Shown piece by piece: positions 1 through 13,360 of a stretch of 64,000 nt of DNA. Position 1 is the stretch's first letter, and every line of letters starts with the position of its first letter. The stretch comes from Podarcis filfolensis (taxonomy: Eukaryota), in assembly GCA_964270895.1 (NCBI GenBank), contig OZ185450.1; one strand, given 5' to 3'. The position numbers and the translations under genes are program-made. The notes beneath the pieces were generated by a model. The model did no database searches, was not told where the DNA came from, and saw only the letters and a program-made list of their open reading frames with translations.

Positions 1-1628
1 GTGGGTAGTGAACTTTTGGATCAGAAGTGACTAGATCTGAAGCTTGGGGATAAAATTTGTGAAGGATTGTAACCTTACTATGGGGTTTGGGGCACTGGAA
101 AGGATGTTGTTGGAAAGACTGGCTGCTTCCTTCACTTATCTAATTTGCTTCCACAACTTGCTTCATAACTACTCCCCTCCCCCTTCCTTTGTCCCTGGCC
201 TTGCTTTGCTAACACTCTAGCTTCTGATTCAGAGCTTGTCCTGTCCCAGCAGGCATGCACATAGGTTTCCTGAGTGGTTAGACATGCAATGTAGCCCCAT
301 GTGCTACTCATTGCCAGACCGAAAGAGAAATGAGCCAACAGTGGCTGCAGTCCTGGGTGTAGAAAACAGCATGTGTCACTGCTCTTCTCCTCCTCCTCCC
401 AACTCCTGTGTTCATGCTTTCTTGTAGCCTCTCTGACTCCTCCTGTGAGAATGAAGTTGTTCTCCCCATACAGATTCACCAGTCCTTTGATTAAGGTGTT
501 GGTCAAACCTAACAGCCTCCTCTTCCCTTGTGTAAAAATACCAGTACTTGCAGATTACAATACAATAATCAGATATATGGAGTTTGATATATTAAATGGC
601 GAGGCCCTGGTTTAAGAGTATCAGAAGGGGTGTACAAGGGGAAGGAAAGAGATTGCTGCAGCAGTATAAAATAAAGGAGCCTATTAAATGCCAACAGAAG
701 GTTAAAGTTACTAAAAGCAATGCAGGGTGTCTTATAAAGCTGCCTTTAATCTTAAATGCAAGGCAAGTAAATACCTAGGTTTGTTTGCTTTGGCTCTATC
801 AAATAGCACCATACTGCCTCTCAAATATGCTAGTACAGCAGCTAAATACAAATGTTACATTATTTTAATTGTTGTGTAAAGTACTATGTCAACTGACAAA
901 ATGCCTTTTGTAGCAATGCGAAAGTAGGTATTTTTTATTTTGCATCATGTATGTTATCCTGTATATCTGCATGGAAAAATCAGAGTATCAAACTCCACAA
1001 CATGCAGTAAGAACAAGATACTAGTATGAATTGCCCCTAATACGAACTCTGAGTTGTGACTGCAACACACATCATTGGCCCTCTAGTAACCCCAAAGGGG
1101 TTGGGGAGGATAGAAGGGACAGTTAAGGATTCCATTTTTCTGTTAACATAATATTTATATTTTGAAGATTTTTCCCCCTTGGAACACCAATTAGAAACTG
1201 TAGTGTTAAGCAATATATGTAAATAGTTGAAATAAATAACAACATAAAAATGCTGGGTTGATGGCAGAAAGATGAAGAAATTAATGTAGCTTGGTATTAG
1301 GTAGAATTTTTTAAAGAATAATGTAAAAACAGGGTTTTTATGAATATAAACAGATCTGTAAGGCTTTGCTCCCTCTGCACTCCATATCGTGAGTTTCTTA
1401 CGAAAATCTACATGCAATGCTTGAAGTTAGCCAGGCACCAAGTGAATTTTGCAGCTTATAGAAATGAAAATAGTAGTAGTAGTAGCAGTAAACTTAATGG
1501 GACAACCATAGCTCAAGGTGCTATTTGGTGATTAGATTGTATATCTGGGTTTCTAACACTGCCTACATGCAATCAAACCACATGTCTAAATCCATGCCCT
1601 GGATAGGGTGGCTGTACTATTAATTTGT

Positions 1629-1720
1629 GGAATGGTTATAGCTCAGTAGCAGAGTACCTGCTGTGCATGTATGTTGAATGTTCTAGTTCAACTCCTGGCA
1701 TCTCTGGTTAAAAGGATCTT
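1629..1720 (+). mobile_element. tRNA-derived SINE head fragment
   Basis: A-box/B-box-like tagctcagtagcagag...ggttcaactcctggcatc; same family as 9735 and 32042. Confidence 0.55.
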
Positions 1721-4195
1721 TGTGAGTTGGGCTTGCCCTTCTGCCTAAGGTCTAGGACTTTACAGAGCTAACTCTGTAAAAGGCACCTTCATATGCTCAT
1801 AATCCTTTAGGGTTTTTTATAGTGCAATCTCAAATGCTTACATCCTGATCCAGTTCTAATAACATGTAAAAATTGAGTGATATTGCATCGGGATGTGACT
1901 GCACAACCCACTGGAAGTAATGCAGTGTGAATAGGCAGCACAGTTTTTAGAGAGATGACCTTCTGAGGTAGTGCTAGCTAAACTTCTATTCTGTCCCATG
2001 GCCATATTATACCAGTTCTGTACCGGATGCACTATTTGCCAGTGTATTCTTGCTGCCAGTTATCTTTGAAGCACTGAATTACTTGGGGTCAAGTTATTTG
2101 AAGGATTACCTGCACTTGGACCTTAAGATTGGCAGCAAAGGTTCTGCTCATGGGGCCACCAGTAAGGTCCATCAGGCTGGTGGGCACAAAATACAAGGCC
2201 TTTTCAGTGGTGGCTCTAGCATTGTGAAATTTCTTATGAGAGGAGCACTGTTGACTGCTTTTAAATGGGTCAAAGGATTAGTGGTTTAACTCAGCTTTTA
2301 CTTGAATAATGGTGCTGGTTTATACTGTTAAGTTGTAATTATATTGGTTGCTGCTACAGGTAATGGCTGGTTTGCATGGGGGTTACATTCCTGACACCCA
2401 TGGACGTCGGTAGAGCGTGCATTACCCCATTACTCCCCCTTTTCTGGCCACTTCTGGGTCACCATGATGCATTCATGCACGGTCACTTGCCAATTGGACA
2501 CAGGTGAATCGATAGTTGCTTGTATTTTATTGTTACTCTGCAGTGAAGTAGTTTACCTTTTGCTTTGCATAGTCACCTTTTAAAATTGTGTTACAATTTT
2601 ATTTGTGAATGGCCGAGAGAGAGACAGAGAAGGGAAGGGAGAAAGATGGCATTGACATTTGGATGTATATCCAACTGACACTTGCAGTTTCTACTCCAGC
2701 AAGTGATATGGCTGCAGAACCTTGTGCTTCTTACCAGGATTGAGGTAGGATTCTACATTTTTGCTCTCCATGCTGCCCTCTGACAAGTGTAAAGATCCCA
2801 GCCTTCCTCCCAGCCTTTGATCTGGAGAAGTCCTTGGAAATAATCCCACCTGTTGTGCAGTGATCCCTGCTCTCTTTTCAGTACCAAGGCTAGGCAGAAG
2901 GCTGTTTCTTGGCAGCGCTAAACCAAACAGACAACCTCCCTCCCGCCCCCATTTCCAGAGCTGGAAAGGATGGTGTGGGCTTCTTTAGACACTAAGCTGC
3001 TGAGCCACCTGGGACACTTGGGCAACACTTGTTTAAGTCCAGATCCAAACTCAAATGAAGGATTGTCCCATACTTTGTGGAAAAGTGTGAGGCCAGGGAC
3101 CAGTGAATGGTCAGGTCCTGGTGACCCAAATGTTTGATCTGGCTTCCAGGGCCAGCCAAAAGTTGTGGACCCTTGATGATATAATGCTATTCATAATACT
3201 AAGTTAATGCGAATATGACAAAAGTTGAAATTTCCAAGATACATTTCAGGGTATGTGGATCAGAACTCCTTTGAAGTGAGTATAATAACACATTATATGT
3301 GTCCATATCAGTATGTGTTTAGTTACAACAGGATCTGGTAGACGTAGATACATATTCCAGACAAGGCTTAAAAAAAAACAACAACCTGCCAAAAACCTCA
3401 CAGGGCTCTATTCGATTTATGTTCTGTGTCAGAATCTCTGCAAAGTAAAACTTCCTCTTGATTAAAGAACTCTCCTCGCAAAAGACTGATCAGGAAATTC
3501 AGACTTCCCAGCTCTGTGTTTCCTATGTCTGACTGCTCCAAGAGGGTTACTCCCTTGTGCTGCTTATGTTCCCACCCCCCTCCTGTTCACTGGCACTTGT
3601 GTTCCACTTTCAGCTGTTCTAATCTTTAAACAGAATGTTAGCAAGTTGTATTACTGTCTACTTCTGTCACACATACATCAGCTGTGTTATTAGGCACTTA
3701 ACTTCTTGAGAGCTGGCCATTTTAGTCTGTTGCAGGGCGGGAAAGCATCTTGTGACACCTGAAAGACTTAACAAGTTTCTTGTGGCAGCTTATGTCACAA
3801 TAAATCTGCTAGTCATTGAGTGCCACAAGATTCAGATTTATTGTAGACAACTACTTGGGATACATCGTGTTCTCTCCCCTTGGAATGGTGTTTACTAAGG
3901 TAACTATTACAAGAGCTGAGAAACTCAAGCATACATTTGAGGGTGCCATTGATCCCCATTAAGTAGCAATGCCTTAAGCAGTATAATTCCTACAGTTTGG
4001 ACAGAAAGCCAGTCGGCTTAAAAGGATGCAGAAGCTATGCATAGTTGATTAACACCTTTTGGGTGACTGAGTCTGATGTTGCCTTGGTAGTGATGTAGTA
4101 TTAAAAGTAACTTCTTACTCCAGTAGCTTAGTGCTACCATAATATGAGTAAGATATCTGTAGGTTCACTAACCAGAAAGCTGCATCAATATATTT

Positions 4196-4260
4196 CATAG
4201 AATCATAGAATCATAGAGTTGGAAGAGACCACAAGGGCCATCGAGTCCAACCCCCTGCCA
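4196..4260 (-). mobile_element. CR1 LINE 3' end
   Basis: Reverse complement of the 46287-46359 copy, with an (ATTCTATG)n tail. Confidence 0.8.
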
Positions 4261-7200
4261 TACAATGGATATCCTTTGCATATGGCACTTTTTTCCGCAA
4301 TGGAAAAAGAGCAGTGTGTTTCAAAAGCAAGTTCCTTGCTTTAATAGCACTTCACATGACAATTTTCCTTGAAACTTCACCATGGAAGTTTCTCAAACTG
4401 TTGGACTTGGGGGGGCATTGACTCTCACATTAGGAAGATTTTGAGTAACTTTAAAATGGAACTGTTAGCAGACAATGTCTTGAATTATTATATATTAATT
4501 ACTGGGGAGAGCTGTTGCGTACAGTGGGCCAGCTTCCGTACATCAGGTGAATGCTTTCCATTTCTCCTCGCTTTCCTGCCCCTTCCTAGCTGGCGTGTGA
4601 AGTACTTTGCAACTGTGAAACAAAGAGCTTGGACAGCACAGTTTGGAAATGCAACTGAACAGAACAGCAGATTCTAGAAGATGCACAAGTTTTTTTTATT
4701 ATAAATATTTGTGCACTTTATAGAACCTGTATCTCTACTGTTCTAAGTTGTATTACTCTACTGCGTAGTCAGATAGAATACCTTTTTTTAAAAAAGTGGT
4801 ATCTTAAAGCAACATTATGCCTAGTATCATCAGGTTTCTTAACTGTGGGAAAATTGATACTTAAGACATTTCAAAATTTGCAGATGTAGCTTTTTGAAAG
4901 TCTCGTTAGTCTTCTGTTAAGTAAAGTCCTTTTCAACAAAGTGAAATGTGTGAATTCAATGCAAATGGTGTATTAATGGAGATTAGGGAGGCCAAGAGAA
5001 ATTATTACTGAACATGTGGCTGTAACATTCTATGATGAACTGTGTTGTATGATATGAAGTGTGTGTGTGTGTCTCACAGAAAGAATGAGAGAGACCAGGT
5101 GGTGGGCCCTATGAGCTCAGAGGGCTTACCACGTCTTTTCAAAGACCTCTCTAGCTGCCGTGTTCTGGTTGGGTGGCTCACTTACTGTACTGTGTGGTAA
5201 GGACTCTGAGCTTGCACTGCCCATCTGCTGATCTCTACTCATTGTGGTGTTGGTGGAGAGATAAGTGGAAGAAATGCCTCAGTGAGCAGCATAGAATGCA
5301 CAGTTGCAGCATAAGCTGAAAGGCCCCACTATGGAGTGTAGTGGCTAGTGTGGCTGTTCCATACTTGGTGATCTGGCATTTGGAAAGAGACCATAATAGA
5401 AGTGGGTAGAGCACAGCTGGGGGGGGGGTTGGAATGAGAGACCATATAGAGGCTGCATGCTGCACCTGGTCTACAGACCAGTACATATTGGTGGAATGGA
5501 TATATTTGCATGAGACCTACTAGTTCCAGTCACAATCTAGAGTGTTGACTTGTTTGACTAGCTGATTATTTTACTTAAAGCTAAAAGGTATGTGAACTGT
5601 TAAGGGCTTCTTTTTTCTGACAGTTATGAAGCAATGACATTGTAAACTATTAAATGTTTAAAATAGTGCAATGCATAGAATAACTGTGTGATTTATATTC
5701 ATGCAACCTGCAGTTCTTGGTTTCTTATCCTGGAACTGCAAGAATAGACCAGCTACAGACATTTTAAAAATGGATGAAATAACATGCAGCAAACTATATA
5801 AGAGAGGCAGTCTTTAAATGCTTTGTAAACTATGTTGTGGGGGGAGGGACTGGACCCTGCCCCCTACAGGGATGAGGAGCAAAGAACTGACTCTTGCCTT
5901 TATGTCAGATGACAGAATTAATGATGCAATTAAAAGAAGCAGTCTCTTAGATTGTGGTGTTCTTGGCTCTACTGAATATTTGACTAGTTAATTCTTTATT
6001 GGTTTCCCATCTTTAGTGACATCCCCTTGAAGTGTCCTTTCCACTTCATTCATTCATAACCACCCTCTGATCCATCCTAAAACATTTGTTCTTTACAGTA
6101 ACTTTGAACTCCATCTTAGCAGAAGGGTGAGGTTAGCTTCTTCACAGCTGTATGGATGGTTATTCAAATACAGCTGAGCTCAGTTCTTTTCCCTTGGTTC
6201 TTTTGATTTTTGAATGGTCCAGGAGGTAGGTATCTACCTATTTTTCTGCCAGTAGAAGAATACTTTTCTTCCATTAGCCAGATGATCTCTTGTGGTCTCC
6301 TAAGATTCTTTCTCCTTGGGATACATGTATTTCCAGCCCAGATTTGACTACAAGGAAAATGTTAATTTAGTATGTTCAAGCTTTGGTAATCCAAATGATA
6401 AACCAGGCTTTTCACTGAGAAGAGTTAAAGCATCAGAATATTTTGCTTTTGAGGCTCTTTGTTCAAGAGAACTGTTTGCTCTTCCAAGCATGTCTTTGCA
6501 CCAGTAATGTAGTTTCATGTATGGAAATCCTGTGTGGTCCATTATGTGAAGCTCTTGAGTAGCACTGTTCAGCATTAATTCTAGTTGAATATAGCACACA
6601 AACAAGAATTTGCAGATGTGATCACAATTAGGCAACGCAACATTTCACTTGATGCCTTCAGACCTCCCATTCTTAGGCTGTAGAAATTGTAAATGCAGCT
6701 AAAGCTTTGAACAGATGCTTTAAGACCTTTAAAGCACAGTAAATCACTTCAGTGATGAGAGCAGCTTACTGTCGGGACTATTTGGCTTTTATAAATCCGC
6801 ATGCGCAGAACACTGCATGAGGCGGATCTAGTCTCTGGCATCAAACTTAGATTTATAAGAATTTCAGTCTTCATGCTTCAGAAAAACCCAAACAAACAGA
6901 TTTTATTTTGGATATGTACTTTTCCCATTATAAAGGCAGTGCATGCAAAAGGCTGCAGCATTCAGAATCTGAAACTTACAGTATTGGTTGCTGCTTTATG
7001 ACATCTGGTCACTGATCCTTGTTGTCCCTTCACCTTTCGCTTATCATACTGTTCTTTGCCGGAACTGAATTCTGCAAAGCTATATATTTAATCTAGGGCA
7101 AAACCTAAAATCTCAGGGTTTTGGGTTTTTTTGTTGTTTTTTTTGCATAGGATATGAATTGCCGTATATTAAATACAAAATTGCATTGAATTGTATCTAA

Positions 7201-7630
7201 TATTTGGAGTAGACCCATTGAACTTAATGGACTTTACTAACATAGCTCCATTAATTTCAGTGAATCTACTTGGAGTTGAACTTAGTTGGACACAGCCTAA
7301 TAAATCTCAAAAGCTTCAGGAAATGGTTTTCACCAATAATATTCATCATCAATACATAAAGCTAATCTTTATATAGAAGCAGCTGGATCCAAAATACTGG
7401 GAATGAAACTAACTACAATTCTGAACTGTTTTACATCAATTTGAAAAGACAAACTTTTTGACTAATCAGCATTAGAAGAATATACAGCTTCTGATTCAGA
7501 AATGTGACCACTTTTTGTATTTCGGGGGGCGGGCAACCAAAGGTGGCTTAGTGGAAACAAACTTTGTAATTTTTTTTACATTTGCACAAATCTAAGGAAG
7601 ATGACAAGTCCAAATATGAAGAGATTAAAT

Positions 7631-7766
7631 CAGGCATAGGCAAACTCGGCCCTCCAAATGTTTTGAGACTACAATTCCCATCATCCCTGACCACTGGTCC
7701 TGTTAGCTAGGGATGATGGGAGTTGTAGTTCCAAAACATCTGGAGGGCCAAGTTTGCCTATGCCTG
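7631..7766. mobile_element. hAT-type MITE, 136 bp
   Basis: 16-bp TIR CAGGCATAGGCAAACT/AGTTTGCCTATGCCTG, perfect 8-bp TSD GATTAAAT, internally palindromic. Confidence 0.92.
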
Positions 7767-9734
7767 GATTAAATACTGTCAACTTGAATTTGAGTGTCAA
7801 TTCCTATTGGAGCATTATGAAGCAAAAGGTTGTGGTAATAATCCACTTAAATGCCATTATAAATGAAAAGTTATAAATATTTGTTTTGCACAACTTTATG
7901 TGCCCAATTCAATATGATTGTAGTCCTTTGTGAACATTATTACTGGGTTATCCTGCTTGAGTTTTATTGCCTTAGTAATAGTTGCCTTTTTAATAATTAT
8001 TTTAGTTAACCTGTTTTTTACTGAATTTTATTAGGCAACATGGTAATTTTATTAAACATTCAAGTTCCCATGGCAGAATAGAAGCTACCGGTATTCCAAA
8101 GATGCATACTAGCAATTGTGCTGTGTAACTTTTATTTTTGTTTAAGTTCTTGACACAATAAACAGACTTGATTTCTCTATGTTCCCCTTTCTTGTCATAA
8201 TTCCTGCTGCAAAGTTGCATGTTCTCTGAGCACTGGGCAAAATAAAATATTGTAAGGTTTTCTAAGGAAGTAAAAATGTCATGAAGAAATAAAGGTTTGC
8301 CTTAGCAGCTTTTGACACTGTTTCTGTGCACTCTTCATGTATGTCCTGACTAGAAAGCAGCAGCAAACCGTTCATGCTTGATGCAAGCTAGAGACATGTT
8401 TCATTAGTCAGTCTCAGTGACAAGTTTGCACCATTTGCATTAGTGACCATGTCTCCATAGACTTTCACAGTTTGAGAACACAGGCCAACATGCTCAGTTC
8501 ATACCTGTTTTTGAAATAGAGGGCAGTGATACAGAAGTGGGAGAAGTATTGGATTGGCAGAAGGGTGTCCTGTACTGTTAAGTTTAGCTTGTGGGAAAGA
8601 TAAACAAGCAGGCCTGTGCTGAGCCAAGTGTAAAATAAAACAACTGCAATTTGTGAGAGCAGAGAGTGTTGGCAAGCCTGAGCTGAGGCGTCAGAGCTGT
8701 TTTACAACTGCTGCTATTGGTGGTTAGACCATACTGACAAAACAGGAAAGAGAAGCTAAGCTTAGTGAGTAGATGGTCTTGTTGATTTAAATAGCTATTC
8801 CTTCACAGTGAATCCCTTTTGTTTTGGAAACTGATTGATTGATTGATTGATGTTCATTTAGGTTATCTTCTCAGTTTAAGAGGTCATACCGTAATCCAGT
8901 CAGTCAGGATATTTACTCTTTGGAAATCTTGAGTTCTCTTGTCGGTAGAACCACTTACTATCTAATGAGCTTACTTCCTCCCACCAAAACTTGCATCTAG
9001 CCTAATCACTTGTGTACTAGAGTATGATCAGTTTTGGACTTATGGCAACATTTTGCTTGCTCCCTAGATAGTTGAGCCAAAAAATATGCATGAATGGATG
9101 CTTTCATATGTTACAGTATGGTGTCTGTGCGTGCACATGCAAAATACGCAAGCCGCTGCATAATTCTGAAAGGACTACTGTTGTTCAAGGTGTCAACCTA
9201 CAGCAGTGATTTAGAGTGGTCTCCCAGTATGCTGGCTATAAATGGATTTTGAATGACCCATGTATGTAGCCAAACTTCCTCAAGAAATTGATTCTAATAT
9301 CTATTTTGTACTTAAAAGGGCACAATGCAACATGGTGCAACTGAAAGCAGGAAAATGGCTTCTGTTTGGTCCATGAACCTGTTACAGTTTTGCTGCAAGT
9401 ATTGGAACCATAAAAAAGCTCATCCAGTTCCTTAAATGAGAGGTAACTCATCTTTTTTGACCCAAGGGTCATATTCACACTTCAGGGCTGCATGCCAGAT
9501 ACGGGTGTGAGCAAACTGCACACACAGGAACACATTCTCTCCCCATAACTTACTTGAAGGTGGGGTGACTCAGCGCTTTTACTTCAGTCATCAAATAATT
9601 ACTCTGATGTCCAGGATTGGGGACAATTTCCATTCTCATCAAGGTGCTGGGCTCTGCCTGTGTCTACTTGTCTTGGGTGGCCAGAAAAAATGGCTTGGGG
9701 CCAGATAAGGATAGCAACTACATCCTAAATTCAA

Positions 9735-10440
9735 GGGGAGGGCTGTAGCTCAGAAGAGTAGATGCCTTAGAAGCAGAAGATCCCAGGTTTCATCCCTGGT
9801 GTTTCCAAGTAGGGCTGGGAAAGACTCATGCCAAAAACTCTGGAGAGCTATTGCTCAGTCAGTGTAGACCAGGGGTCAGCAAACCTTTTCAGCAGGGGGC
9901 TGGTCCCCTGTCCCTGATACCTTCTGGGTGGCAGGACTATAAGCCATGCCCCCCCACGACTCTCCCCTCCCTTCTCCACAGCATCGGACGAGCCCTGGTG
10001 GCTGCTTACGAGCACCAGGGACGAGCCCCGGTGGCTGTCTTACGAGCAGCAGGGGCTGGCGGCGGGGGCGGGACGATGAGCGGTGCACGAAAGGGCTCCG
10101 GGGAGGGGCTGCTTAAAATGGCAGCTGCTCGAGCTCTGCTGCTGCTGGCACCAACAAAGCCCAGCCCCCTTCCTCCTCTAGGCAGGGTGGGGAGAAGCCA
10201 GGAGGAGGGAGAGAGGAGGAGGCACCGCCACCGCCATGTGAGGGAGAGGGAAAGAACACACGCACTGGCGATCCATGTGGCGATTCCTGGTCTGTCCGCG
10301 GGCCGGATCCAGAAGGCACTTGGTCCTGATCCGGCCTGTGGGCCTTAGTTTGCCGACCCATGGTGTAGAAAGTACTGAGCTATGTGAACTAATGGCTTGA
10401 CTCTGTATAGCTGTATAGCAGCTGATCATCCTATGTTCCC
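9735..10440 (+). mobile_element. tRNA-derived SINE (Squam3-like) split by a hAT insertion
   Basis: Head at 9735-9869 and tail at 10363-10440 rejoin to match the uninterrupted copy at 32042-32229. Confidence 0.7.
9870..10362. mobile_element. Non-autonomous hAT (Charlie-like) element, about 490 bp
   Basis: TIR CAGGGGTCAGCAAAC / GTTTGCCGACCCATG; 8-bp TSD GTGTAGAC/GTGTAGAA; GC-rich interior. Confidence 0.85.
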
Positions 10441-10466
10441 TAGTTGGAACCTGAACTAAAGCTGCT

Positions 10467-10666
10467 GTCAAAACAAAAAAATTTTTTTCCTTCCAGTAGC
10501 ACCTTAAAGACCAACTAAGTTAGTTCTTGGTATGAGCTTTCGTGTGCATGCACACGAAAGCTCATACCAAGAACTAACTTAGTTGGTATTCAAGGTGCTA
10601 CTGGAAGGAAATTTTTTTTTTTTTGTTTTGACTATGGCAGACCAACACGGCTACCTATCTGTAACT
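10467..10666. mobile_element. Penelope-like element terminal fragment forming a 166-bp palindrome
   Basis: Arms 10467-10548 and 10549-10632 are inverted with 2 substitutions plus homopolymer length differences. Tail gactatggcagaccaacacggctacc. Flanking 15-bp direct repeat AACTAAAGCTGCTGT. Family assignment is from recognition. Confidence 0.75.
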
Positions 10667-11914
10667 AAAGCTGCTGTGTCCAGTTTTATGTTGACTGTTT
10701 TATTCCTGCTATTTGGTTTGAAGACTTTGCCATAGCTAGTTATGAATTTATAGACAAAATTTCTAATGTTGTAAATGGTATACCTGGCACCAAAAAGTAC
10801 TGTAGCACTAAGGGGTGCAGAATGTTGAAGGGACAATCTTGTTTATTTAAATTTCATTTATTTGTTGCTTCCCATAAAATAAATTGAAGCAATTTCACAT
10901 TCTTCAGAAACTTTAGGAAAATGTTTACGTTACTTCCACTCTATACTACAGTTTTAAAACTTTGCTTCTGTAACCGTACACTGGCGTTATGCAATGGGTT
11001 CCGCCTTCCCATTTTTGTATTACAGGTAAGAATAACTTGTATGGCCACTTGTTCTTAATGGAAAACTTAATCCATTCTGAAACAGGTGTACAGTTGTCTA
11101 ATCTCTTACAAAGCTGTAGTTCTTCATCTTCCTAAATCAGCCTTCCTGGCAAGTAAGCATTAGTATGTCAAATTTGGATCAGTTTAACATTGTTGCTCAT
11201 GTAGATCCAAATAGCTGCACCCCAATCCAGCTTTTTTGCAGCTTGATTCCTGTGCTTTTCAGTGGCCCTCATCTGATAACTGATGACTAGTTTGTGTATT
11301 CAGCATCACTACTGAATTTCCTCTGCTCAAACATAGCTGGTTTGCTGGTGATCTCCAGCTTATCTAGTGTATCATTAAACCCAAAGTACATGTTTACTGT
11401 GATAAATGTTTTGGGATGCTTTTATGGGAAGCAATTGATTAATTAAATGGAGGGACATGGTTACTGCTTGTATAATTTAGTGCTTAAATAATAAGGGGCT
11501 TTATTCGTAATAAATAAATTGAAATAATATGCTAAGATATACCAGATACTAGCAATTCTGTAGATCTTGTTAAATAGCAGTAATATAAAGATAAATGGAA
11601 GCAGGACTTTCAAGACAGTATTCCAGAAGTCTGGAATTGTTTCTTTTTTAAGGGAGCCACCTTTTTGATAACTACAAGCTATAGTGAAAAGTGGTAAGAC
11701 AGCCTTCCAATGTCATTGGACACCTTGGAAGTCTTGGAAAAAGAGGTGATGGTAGGCACTGACATTGCAATAAGGTGGAGATTTTAAACATCTGGTGGAA
11801 ATGTGAGAAAGCAAATATTCCTGTGTCTGTAGTTGCCAGTGTCTTGAAACAGATCTATAGATATGATGTTAAAGCTGTTTGCATAGTAGAATTAGGTAAC
11901 AAAATGTTCTAGAT

Positions 11915-12128
11915 CAGTGGTTCCCAATTGGTGGCCCACAGACACCAGGGGTCTGTGTAACCCACCCAGGGGGTCATTGAGACTATTCACATAACAAAAC
12001 TACCATAGAGATATCAAAATTTGCAAAAGTAGGTGGTCTGTGTGTTGGTTTTTGGGGGGAAAAAGGGTCCACAATACTTTCAGACCCCTGAAAAACAGGG
12101 GTCCCAATTAGCTAATTGGGAATCACTG
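11915..12128. mobile_element. hAT-like MITE
   Basis: TIR CAGTGGTTCCCAA / TTGGGAATCACTG; no matching TSD seen. Confidence 0.55.
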
Positions 12129-12584
12129 AAGTTCTCACTAAAGCTTATCTTCTCTTCCTTGAATAGGATGTTCCTTGAGTTGTTGAGGCCTCAGCGGACA
12201 GATGGTATCAACTGCTGCTGGGTTTTGGAACTCTTTATAAAGAACGTTGTGGAGGTGCTGGGAGTATAGTGATGTAAAAAGGACCTTTCCTCAGCATTCT
12301 TGTTGCTTTATTGCCTTGCAAAGCCTACAGTGGCCAGAGGGGAACAGCCCTCTTGCAACCATGTTACTGAGCACTGGGTCTGGATGAAAGCAAAATGTTA
12401 GCGTCCAAAGAAACCAGTAGGTAGCATACGATTTTGCATGTTGCAGTAGTTTAGTTCACATGGGACAATGCAGTACTAGAATACGGATCTAAGCTTTGGT
12501 TACAAATTCAAGGAATGAGGAAGCAAAGCTGTGTACTGCTGTGTAGGAGTTTTGTTGGTTTATAATGATAAGGTGTTTAACCTG

Positions 12585-12960
12585 TTATGGATGGGGCTGG
12601 ACTCGCCTGATAGGTCAGGTGCACAGCTCTAAGGTTCTCCTAGCTGCATTGCTGCCATTGGAGCCCCAGTGGAGGCCTTACTGATGTTGTGCATCTTTTC
12701 CAAGCCTAGGCTGGTGCAGAAGTTGTAGCCTTTCCTAAGCAGGGATAGTTCAGGCATGGTTTCTGGTAACCCCTCATTTGGATTGTTGCAGTGTGTTATA
12801 TGTGGGGCTTGCTTTTGAATATTGATCAGAAACTGAAGTTACCGTAGTATAAAATAAAGCAACTAGATTGCTAACTAGGACCACATATTGTAGTGTATCT
12901 CACCAGCATTAAATGAGCCTTGCTGATAGCTGCACTGTTTCCAAATCTAGTTCAGGATGT
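12585..12960 (+). mobile_element. Degenerate L2-clade LINE ORF2 fragment
   Basis: Decayed similarity to the L2 RT C-terminal region (...gatcagaaactgaagttaccgtagtataaaataaagcaactagattgctaac, the KLQLVQNAAARLL-type segment). Confidence 0.45.
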
Positions 12961-13134
12961 TGGTGTTGAATTTCAAACCATTAGGGCTTAACAGGCAAGT
13001 ACATTAGGCCCACAACTTACATGGGGGTATTGCGTCTAAAGCCAAAATCACTTATAGTCAAAACTCATTGGGTTCAATGGCGGGTGGGATTGCCAAAATC
13101 ATTTTTCATGGAGCCCTGAACCTTTTTCACCATA

Positions 13135-13360
13135 CAGTGGTACCTCAGGTTACAGACGCTTCAGGTTACAGACTCCGCTAACCCAGAAATAGTACCTCGG
13201 GTTAAGAACTTTGCTTCAGGATGAGAACAGAAATTGTGCTCCGGCAGCATGGCAGCAATGGGAGGTCCCATTAGCTAAAGTGGTGCTTCAGGTTAAGAAC
13301 AGTTTCAGGTTAAGAATGGACCTCTGGAACGAATTAAGTTATTAACCTGAGGTACCACTG
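13135..13360. mobile_element. Tc1/mariner (Tigger-like) MITE
   Basis: TA|CAGTGGTACCTCAGGTTA ... TAACCTGAGGTACCACTG|TA; inverted homologue of 56923-57155. Confidence 0.9.

Noticed and set aside
6750-6860. Box C-like GTGATGA suggesting a C/D snoRNA
   Set aside because: No box D (CTGA) at a suitable distance and no terminal stem.
9851-10348. 165-aa ORF and overlapping minus-strand ORFs
   Set aside because: They lie in the GC-rich interior of a non-autonomous hAT element, where stops are scarce; no transposase or other motifs.
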